Shown here: piece by piece, positions 1 to 6,507 of the stretch
Layout: the number at the start of each line of letters is the position of its first letter
Position numbering within the stretch: position 1 is the first letter of the stretch
From: a bacterium
GTDB taxonomy: Bacteria; Hydrothermota; 32-111
Assembly (NCBI GenBank): GCA_046484245.1
Contig: JAWOBN010000002.1
Coordinates: forward strand, 1-16,612
Length of the DNA: 16,612 nucleotides
Direction: 5' to 3'
The notes under the pieces: generated by a model
What the model was told of the DNA's origin: nothing
What the model saw: only the letters and a program-made list of their open reading frames with translations
Databases searched by the model: none
Program-made: the position numbers and the translations under genes

Positions 1-141
1 AAAGGAAGAAACAGACAGCCCTCCTCCAATTTGAAATGTATTCGGGTCAACAACCCTTGGGGAATGATAAGACATAGTTAGGCAATTCAAGAATAATAGA
101 GAAATTGAAATAAAAAAAATTAATACTAATCTATATATCAT
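1..141 (-). CDS. Partial CDS (runs off the window start), putative lipoprotein
   Basis: Not in the ORF track; translated by hand. ATG at 141 is open for 47 codons to the window edge: MIYRLVLIFFISISLLFLNCLTMSYHSPRVVDPNTFQIGGGLSVSSF. It has a basic residue, a hydrophobic stretch and a lipobox-like LFLN-C. AGGA SD at 150-153 and a promoter at 233-260. Confidence 0.65.
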   Translation of the reverse strand, partial: MIYRLVLIFFISISLLFLNCLTMSYHSPRVVDPNTFQIGGGLSVSSF

Positions 142-232
142 TAATCATATCCTGTTTGAATAAATGCTTATAATCATAAGAATTTTAGAAACCACTCTCA
201 TTTATAAAAAATCCTTGTCAAATTATAATTTT

Positions 233-260
233 ATTATATCTTTCCGGATTTTCCTGTCAA
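233..260 (-). promoter_or_regulatory. Sigma70-type promoter for the left-edge gene
   Basis: Minus strand TTGACA (260-255), 16-nt spacer, TATAAT (238-233); both hexamers match consensus. Confidence 0.6.
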
Positions 261-290
261 GTAATCTGTTTTGCTTAAGAAGAGAATCAA

Positions 291-427
291 GGGACGGTGG
301 TTCATTTTGTCAATTTAACTTTTTGGTAAATACAATTATTACGCAACATAAAATATTCATAAATCAATCGATTTCATAAGTTAAGTAATATCATGGGACT
401 TAAATTGACAAAATGAACCACCGTCCC
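291..427. repeat. Palindromic REPIN/MITE-like element, copy 1
   Basis: Perfect 28-bp inverted repeat GGGACGGTGGTTCATTTTGTCAATTTAA (291-318 and 400-427) around an 81-bp AT-rich spacer. It abuts the ABC gene stop codon. Confidence 0.85.
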
Positions 428-2179
428 CTACTCGGATTTGAGGTAGTGTTCCTCTACGAATGTACGGTATTCGGGGTATGAGCTGTACAGTTCCGAGTGC
501 TTGCCCTTGCCCAGGACCGTGCCTGAATCCAGGAATATCACATTGTCTGCATACTTGATTGTAGAGAGGCGGTTTGAAACAACAAAGCATGTGATGTCTT
601 TATATGTCCTGTCAATCTCCTCCCAGAGCTTCTTTTCATTATCAGTATCCAGTGACGCTGTAATATCGTCCAGTATCAGTATCTCCGGTTTCCTTATGAG
701 GGCGCGGGCAATTGCCAGACGCTGCTTCTGTCCTCCTGAGAGCGCCAGGCCCCTCTGCCCTATCTTTGTTTCATGCCTTCCGGAGAATCCCTCTATCTCC
801 CTGTCCATCTGCACTGTTTCAATGATCCTGTCATATAGCTCCTGTTCAATACTGTCTGTACCGAATATCACATTGTCCTTTATTGTACCTGAGAAGAGCA
901 GGGGCTCCTGTGGCACATATCCTATTTTATTGCGGAATCCCTCAACAGATATCCGGTCTATGGGTATATCATTGATAAACACACTCCCCTTTGAAGGATG
1001 GAGCAGTCCTGTGAGAAGACCGAGTATTGTTGTCTTGCCTGAGCCCACCGGACCGATTATCACGACCTTCTCGCCCCTCTTTACAGTAAAGTCAAGATTC
1101 TTCAATATACAGTCATTATCGTAACAGAAATCAACACCAACGAATTTCACGGACTCCACCTTCTCAATACTGTGCTTGCGCACCCTGCCTTCCTTCTCAA
1201 CAGGATAGTCCTTTACATCCTCCAGACGGTCAATATTGACAAATGCCTGCTTGCCTGAAACAAAGAGCTGAGGCAGGTCCAGTATGGGATATATGAGGAG
1301 TGCCAGATATGTATAGAATGCATAGAATGTGCCTATTGAAATCTCTCCCCGCACAACCATAATGCCGCCGAATACAACTATTACAATCTGGGCTACCCTG
1401 TCTATATACTGGTATATCAGATGCAGCATTGTATTGAGTTTGACTACATTCATCTCAGTTGAGAAACGCCTGTTTAGCGCATCATTAAAAAACCTCATAT
1501 ACTTGTCACTGCCTGTAAATGCCTTTATTATGCGTATGCCTGAAAAGGAGAGTTCCAGCTGATTGTTGATATCACTGATTGCCTCCTGATTCTTCTTGAA
1601 TCTCCTGTACAATTCCTCTGAGGTGAAGTAGAATACAATGATCATCAGGGGAACGGGGATCAGTGCCAGAAGCGTCAGTTCCCAGCTCATAAAGAACATC
1701 ACTGCTATGCAGAAGATTATTTTATTGAATGAATCAAATGCCCTGAATATGCCTGAACAGAGGAACCACCCTATCTTGGGGAAATCAGAGAGATCATCTG
1801 TGAGGCGCGTAACCAGATCCCCTGTCCTGTATTTATTGAAGAATCTGTAGTCCTTCTTCAGAATGGATGCAAAGTATTTCTTTCTCAGTGTGTATTCAAA
1901 GAGATAATTCATATATGCACGCAGTGCAGGATAGAAACCCGCAATCATTCTGCCTATACCCACAGCTACAAGGATCCAGACAATCCTGTATATCTCCTGC
2001 TGGGGGGCAGGGAAACTGTCAGGCGATTTAAGTATCTCGGATATCTTGTCCAGAAGCTCCCTGAATACAAGCGGGTATCCGACAGTAACACCGGCTGACA
2101 CAATTGTCATGAATGATAGGAGCAGTATGAATTTCTTATGGTCTCTCCAGAGGCGCCATATCCATTTTACATGATTCAT
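428..2179 (-). CDS. ABC exporter, fused TMD+NBD half transporter with degenerate Walker B and switch (MdlA/BmrC-like)
   Basis: Hydrophobic TMD, Walker A GPVGSGKT, signature LSGGQ, Walker B ILILDD, switch VSNR. Start moved to ATG 2179 (MNHVKW), which has a GGAGG SD and an ATGA overlap with the upstream stop. Confidence 0.92.
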   Translation of the reverse strand: MNHVKWIWRLWRDHKKFILLLSFMTIVSAGVTVGYPLVFRELLDKISEILKSPDSFPAPQQEIYRIVWILVAVGIGRMIAGFYPALRAYMNYLFEYTLRKKYFASILKKDYRFFNKYRTGDLVTRLTDDLSDFPKIGWFLCSGIFRAFDSFNKIIFCIAVMFFMSWELTLLALIPVPLMIIVFYFTSEELYRRFKKNQEAISDINNQLELSFSGIRIIKAFTGSDKYMRFFNDALNRRFSTEMNVVKLNTMLHLIYQYIDRVAQIVIVVFGGIMVVRGEISIGTFYAFYTYLALLIYPILDLPQLFVSGKQAFVNIDRLEDVKDYPVEKEGRVRKHSIEKVESVKFVGVDFCYDNDCILKNLDFTVKRGEKVVIIGPVGSGKTTILGLLTGLLHPSKGSVFINDIPIDRISVEGFRNKIGYVPQEPLLFSGTIKDNVIFGTDSIEQELYDRIIETVQMDREIEGFSGRHETKIGQRGLALSGGQKQRLAIARALIRKPEILILDDITASLDTDNEKKLWEEIDRTYKDITCFVVSNRLSTIKYADNVIFLDSGTVLGKGKHSELYSSYPEYRTFVEEHYLKSE

Positions 2180-3924
2180 AGGTCCTCCCGGGAGAGAAAC
2201 TGCAGCTTGACGAGCTTCTCGTATTCTTTGCATGTTCTCATCATTTCACTGTGCGTTCCCTGAGCCAGTATTTTGCCGTCCTGGAAGAGCAGTATTTTAT
2301 CTGCATTGATAACAGATGAGAGGCGGTGTGCAACAATCACTGCTGTCTTGCCTCTCAGCATCTCTTCAACTGCTTTCTGTATCTTCTTTTCAGTCATTGC
2401 ATCCACTGAGGCTGTTGCCTCATCCATGATTATTATATCCGGATTGAACACAAGAGCCCTGGCAAAACTGACAAGCTGCTTCTCGCCCACAGACACATTC
2501 TGTCCCCTCTCTAGGAGCTCGGCATTCATACCCTTCCTATCCTCATTAATGAATATATCCGCCTGAACAGCAGTAAGGGCATTCTTCACCTTTGATACTG
2601 GTATATCGTCATTGTAAAGCCGGACATTCTCAGTCACACTGCCGGGGAAGAGGTATATGTCCTGAAGCACAAGGCCCATGCCGGAACGCCACGCTTTCAG
2701 GTCAAAATCATATATGCTCCTGCCGTCAACAAGTATATCACCCCTGTCAATACTGTAGAAGCGCTCGAGCAGTGATATTGTTGTTGTCTTGCCTGAACCG
2801 GATGCACCGACAAGCGCAATCTTCTCGCCCTTCTTAACAGTGAATGATACATCCTTCAAAACATACTCATTCTTATTATATGCAAACCATACATTCCTGA
2901 ATTCAATGGAATTATTAAAATCTACTTTGCATATTGCTCCTTCATCCTCTTCCGGCTCCATGTCCAGTATTGTGAACATTCTGTTCAGTGAAACAAATGC
3001 CCTCTGCATCATATTGATTGTCTCCGAGATCTGAAGAAGCGGTTCAAATATCCTTCTGCCGTATTGAATAAAGACAATCAGTGTGCCTATTGTCATAATG
3101 CCTGCAAATATCTTGGGTACAGTGAGGAGAATGACAATCACAATGAACATTGTCTCCACAATAAAGAACAGTATGCCCCAGAACGAGTATTCAATGAATG
3201 CAGCCTTTGTCTCCATACCCCTCTTCTGCCTGCTCTTTGAGTCCAGTATCCTCTCAACAGTGTTTTCCCTGTTGAAGAGCTGTATAATGCTCACACCCTG
3301 GATATATTCAGCCAATACACCCGAAACATCAGCATAGAGAGACCTTATTTTCCTGTAATACCGGGCAAGATATCTCACAACAATGATAACAATTGCCAGA
3401 AGCAGGGGTAGCGGGAGTGCTATAGCCATAGTCACCTGCCAGTTCTTGTAGAACATTATTGCCAGCATGCCTATGAAGAACATGAGATTGCCCAGTATCA
3501 TTACGGAGAATTGAGAGAAGAGCTGTTTGACCTTCTCACCGTCACTCTCAACACGCGCAATGAGCTTGCCGACTGGATGCTTGTCAAAATACGATACAGG
3601 CAGTTTCATCATATGCTCAAACACATTGTACTTGAGCTTTGTAATGACCTTTACACCCAGACGCGCCAGCATTATTGTCTGGAAATAGGAGAGCACTCCG
3701 CTTATAACAATAACAATAATAAAGAGCCCGCCCCACAAAATCATATCCTGCACGTCACCGGCCGGCACACTGTTGTCAATAATATGAGCCAGTATAAGGG
3801 GGTCCAAGAGCTGGGCTCCGGATACAAATATCATTGACAGCAGACCGCCTAAGAAGAGCTTCTTGTCATCCTTTAAATACGGGATGATGCGCTTGAATTT
3901 TGACAATGATACCTTGTTTTTCAT
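2176..3924 (-). CDS. ABC exporter, fused TMD+NBD half transporter with catalytic Glu/His (MdlB/BmrD-like)
   Basis: TMD, Walker A GASGSGKT, degenerate signature VSVGE, Walker B IIIMDEAT, switch VAHRLS. Confidence 0.93.
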   Translation of the reverse strand: MKNKVSLSKFKRIIPYLKDDKKLFLGGLLSMIFVSGAQLLDPLILAHIIDNSVPAGDVQDMILWGGLFIIVIVISGVLSYFQTIMLARLGVKVITKLKYNVFEHMMKLPVSYFDKHPVGKLIARVESDGEKVKQLFSQFSVMILGNLMFFIGMLAIMFYKNWQVTMAIALPLPLLLAIVIIVVRYLARYYRKIRSLYADVSGVLAEYIQGVSIIQLFNRENTVERILDSKSRQKRGMETKAAFIEYSFWGILFFIVETMFIVIVILLTVPKIFAGIMTIGTLIVFIQYGRRIFEPLLQISETINMMQRAFVSLNRMFTILDMEPEEDEGAICKVDFNNSIEFRNVWFAYNKNEYVLKDVSFTVKKGEKIALVGASGSGKTTTISLLERFYSIDRGDILVDGRSIYDFDLKAWRSGMGLVLQDIYLFPGSVTENVRLYNDDIPVSKVKNALTAVQADIFINEDRKGMNAELLERGQNVSVGEKQLVSFARALVFNPDIIIMDEATASVDAMTEKKIQKAVEEMLRGKTAVIVAHRLSSVINADKILLFQDGKILAQGTHSEMMRTCKEYEKLVKLQFLSREDL

Positions 3925-4001
3925 AAGATTATTTTAAGCAAATTTTATACCAAAGCTATATCCCGAAAATGCGGGACTTAGAATGCGGCAGCCTTTGCCG
4001 A

Positions 4002-4010
4002 ATTATATCA
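4002..4010 (-). promoter_or_regulatory. Extended -10 promoter for the ABC pair
   Basis: Minus strand TG-A-TATAAT about 80 nt upstream of the ATG at 3924; no good -35. Confidence 0.45.
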
Positions 4011-4036
4011 GACGAGACAGACATTGACATTGTCCA

Positions 4037-4064
4037 TTGCAATGTCTCACTCCTTGATTATAAT
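4037..4064 (+). promoter_or_regulatory. Sigma70-type promoter for the three-gene operon
   Basis: TTGCAA (4037-4042), 16-nt spacer, TATAAT (4059-4064). Strong SD AAGGAGG precedes ATG 4088. Confidence 0.5.
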
Positions 4065-4072
4065 AATTATAA
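4058..4072. promoter_or_regulatory. Fur-family (PerR-type) 7-1-7 operator
   Basis: TTATAAT-A-ATTATAA exactly matches the Bacillus PerR box consensus TTATAATnATTATAA and overlaps the predicted -10. Confidence 0.6.
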
Positions 4073-4087
4073 TACAAAGGAGGAGAA

Positions 4088-4441
4088 ATGAAAAGAAGTT
4101 TATTCATCTCTGTAATGATTTTTCTGGCTATTGGTGTCTGGTCCCACTCGCCGTCATCATTCAGTATTGATTATCAGGACAATATACTTACAGTTGAGTC
4201 CATTCACAGTGTGAAGAATCCCGGAAAGCATTTTATTGAAAAACTGACCATTCATCTCAATGGAGAGCCGGTCATTGTGCAGGAATTCAAAGCTCAGTCA
4301 GACAGCGACAAACAGCAGGCTCTTTACAGGATTGAGGGTCTTGCTGCTGAAGACAAGCTGAAGATAACCGCCTACTGCAGTATATCGGGCAAGAGGGTTA
4401 TTGACTGGTCCATTCCCCAAGAGGACAGTGATGAAGATTAG
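4088..4441 (+). CDS. Exported protein, superoxide reductase (neelaredoxin/desulfoferrodoxin C-domain)-like, putative metal-binding
   Basis: Signal peptide ending V-W-S, then H20-S-P, H40-x7-H48-FIEKLTI and a C-terminal ITAYC97SISG, resembling SOR motifs HxP, H..HxI and YCNxHG. Strong SD. Confidence 0.7.
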   Translation: MKRSLFISVMIFLAIGVWSHSPSSFSIDYQDNILTVESIHSVKNPGKHFIEKLTIHLNGEPVIVQEFKAQSDSDKQQALYRIEGLAAEDKLKITAYCSISGKRVIDWSIPQEDSDED

Positions 4442-5153
4442 CATACTGATTGTCCTGCTGCCCTTTGCTCTATTTGCATTTACCCCTTCGTATCTCTCCC
4501 TTGAAAAGCCCGTGAAATCCCCGTTCATTTCATCCGAACTCAATATAAAGGGGAATTTCACAGGGGATATGATGAGCGACCCTGTTGATTCATTCCTTGC
4601 AGGCAATACAAATACCGCTATTGCATTCAAGACACTCTTTCCGGGGGGTATTGATATTATTGCAGGTTATGACTCGTATCACAGGGATGTATCTTTAACA
4701 GGCGCCTGGTCATGGATGCCTATGTTCTCACCGGTCAGCACACGCATATCTGCAGCAGGTTATTCCACAGAGCAATCCGGATCACGCCAGGCGGGAGCAA
4801 ATGGCACAGCCATGGTCAATCTCAGTGCAGGCAGTGCATTGAACTGCTTCATTGCCGGCCATTATGACACGCATAATGACTTTCTTGCAGGAGCGGGTAT
4901 TATGATAGGACTCCCATTTGAATTCCTCTATTTTGAAAGAGCCGGTATTGAGGCTGAGTACTATTTTCTCACACTGCCTGCAGGTACAGGCGACCCTGTT
5001 TACAAGACAGCTCTGTTCTTCAAGACATGGGGGCATCAATTCTTCATCACACTCTCCAATTCCCCTGCAGCCGGTATCCGGACATTTGCTGAGGGTGGTG
5101 ACAATAATGCGCTTTACGCCGGTTTTGCAATACGGCGTTATTTTGAATTCTGA
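4431..5153 (+). CDS. Outer-membrane beta-barrel, DUF5777-like
   Basis: Start moved to ATG 4431 (GAGGA SD; signal peptide MKISILIVLLPFALFA). Amphipathic strands, a TWGHQFFITLSNS...LYAGFAIRRYF tail as recalled for DUF5777, and a terminal Phe. Confidence 0.65.
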   Translation: MKISILIVLLPFALFAFTPSYLSLEKPVKSPFISSELNIKGNFTGDMMSDPVDSFLAGNTNTAIAFKTLFPGGIDIIAGYDSYHRDVSLTGAWSWMPMFSPVSTRISAAGYSTEQSGSRQAGANGTAMVNLSAGSALNCFIAGHYDTHNDFLAGAGIMIGLPFEFLYFERAGIEAEYYFLTLPAGTGDPVYKTALFFKTWGHQFFITLSNSPAAGIRTFAEGGDNNALYAGFAIRRYFEF

Positions 5154-5167
5154 TAAGGAGGTATCTG

Positions 5168-5350
5168 GTGGAATGGGCAAAACTCATTGAACCGACAGGC
5201 ATTATAGCACTCGTACTGCTCTTCATAAATATCCTGGGCGGTATGTTCATGAGAAAACTCAAATTGAAACTCATATATCACAAAATAGGCGGCGCTCTCA
5301 CACTGGCATTTGCCCTGCTTCACTTCATACTTATACAGTTATATTACTAA
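5168..5350 (+). CDS. Small two-TM membrane protein with H-x13-H (cytochrome b/ferric-reductase-TM-like)
   Basis: GTG start with TAAGGAGGT SD. Two hydrophobic helices with a basic loop; H38 and H52 lie in helix 2. Confidence 0.75.
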   Translation: MEWAKLIEPTGIIALVLLFINILGGMFMRKLKLKLIYHKIGGALTLAFALLHFILIQLYY

Positions 5351-5873
5351 GCAGTATATAGAGTCCTGTTATCATAATAAGACATACTGCAGTAAATCCC
5401 TTGAGGCCAATGGAATGGACTCTGCTCAGAGGGAGGAGTATGAATGTCTTGCCGTCAATCAAATCCCTCAGCAGATGGGCTGACAGTCCGGCAAATACGA
5501 ATACACCTTTCAGATAATCCCCCAGAAGAAGACCTGCAATCACAGCAATGAGGACTGCAAATATCAGTGAATGCGTGACCGGTCTTGACGGAAAGGATAC
5601 CATTCTTTTGATATTGAATGAACGGGCCATGAAGAAATGGTCTATGTCAATGATAACAGAAGAAACAAGGCCTATGAGGAAATACCCGGGCATTGCTGCA
5701 AAGGGGAGGAAGATTATAACATAGAGCAGTGCATGCATAATTTCATCATGCAGCACATAGGCAATGCCCTTGACAGCAATGGGACTGGCAGCTGTCTCTC
5801 TCTCTGCAAGGACGAATCCGGCAAGCAGAACTATCTGCATGATAAGGATATCAATATTATTTAAATAATGCAT
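5331..5873 (-). CDS. Membrane-bound metal-dependent hydrolase (YdjM/LexA-binding, TMEM267-like)
   Basis: Motifs H..., IDIDH, RPVTHSL and SAHLLRD with several TM segments. Confidence 0.75.
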   Translation of the reverse strand: MHYLNNIDILIMQIVLLAGFVLAERETAASPIAVKGIAYVLHDEIMHALLYVIIFLPFAAMPGYFLIGLVSSVIIDIDHFFMARSFNIKRMVSFPSRPVTHSLIFAVLIAVIAGLLLGDYLKGVFVFAGLSAHLLRDLIDGKTFILLPLSRVHSIGLKGFTAVCLIMITGLYILLSNITV

Positions 5874-6507
5874 AGTACACTATATTAACCCCTGTCTTCA
5901 ATGCCTCTGTCCTCTTTTCAAGAGGGTCATTATGGGTTTCATATACAGCCCATCCGTCTGATATATTGGAATTGAATGTATAGAGCACACCTATCTTTTC
6001 ACCAATAAATATCCCGTACATCTCCGGTTCACCCTCATAATGCTCATGTATCTTGGGTAATTTCTCCATTCTGTAAAATGTGCTGAGAATATCACTGTCA
6101 GGAGAGAGCTTCACAGTACTCCTTGCAGGGAAGAGTTCATCAAGGAAATTCATTATGTCCGTATTGAAGCCGTAGTCATCGTCAATATAGACAAATCCCC
6201 CTGCCAGAATATAAGCCCGCATATTCTCCAGTTCCCTCTGAGTATAATCAAAACCCCCGTGCCCTGTCATAAAGAGAAAGGGATAGTCCATTATCCTCTT
6301 GTTGTCCATAGAAAAAACAATCTCACTGGTGTCCATCTCCAGAGGCGTGTGTTCATTGACATATCCGGCAAGTATTGTGAGCGCATTTTCATCATTGTAC
6401 CAGTCACCGCCCTCATATCTGAGCCGTACGGGCGTGAAATCAAAACCGCACAGATTCACACAGAAAAATACAAAGAGAGAGACAAGTATTATTCTTCGAA
6501 ATACCAT
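5857..6507 (-). CDS. DUF4159 domain protein
   Basis: Signal peptide; RLRYEGGDWY, YPFLFMTGHG, GGFVYIDDDYG, PKIHEH and DGW motifs. Confidence 0.85.
   Translation of the reverse strand: MVFRRIILVSLFVFFCVNLCGFDFTPVRLRYEGGDWYNDENALTILAGYVNEHTPLEMDTSEIVFSMDNKRIMDYPFLFMTGHGGFDYTQRELENMRAYILAGGFVYIDDDYGFNTDIMNFLDELFPARSTVKLSPDSDILSTFYRMEKLPKIHEHYEGEPEMYGIFIGEKIGVLYTFNSNISDGWAVYETHNDPLEKRTEALKTGVNIVYYALFK

Noticed and set aside
46..62. GTCAACAACCC resembling the 5' end of IS200/IS605 IscB (HEARO/omega RNA) elements
   Set aside because: The expected following hairpin is absent, and the sequence lies within the minus-strand putative lipoprotein ORF.
164..590. ORFs 164..379 (+) and 381..590 (-) sharing the peptide DGGSFCQF
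   Set aside because: The shared peptide is just translation through the two arms of the inverted repeat. Neither ORF has convincing coding features.
3945..4000. Two short hairpins (TCCCG/CGGGA, CGGCA/TGCCG) in the ABC leader with GCAAAG...CTAAG, faintly like a c-di-GMP-I riboswitch
   Set aside because: The GAAA-tetraloop stem and GACGCAAA core are missing and the stems are only 5 bp. An Rfam covariance search would be needed to revive it.
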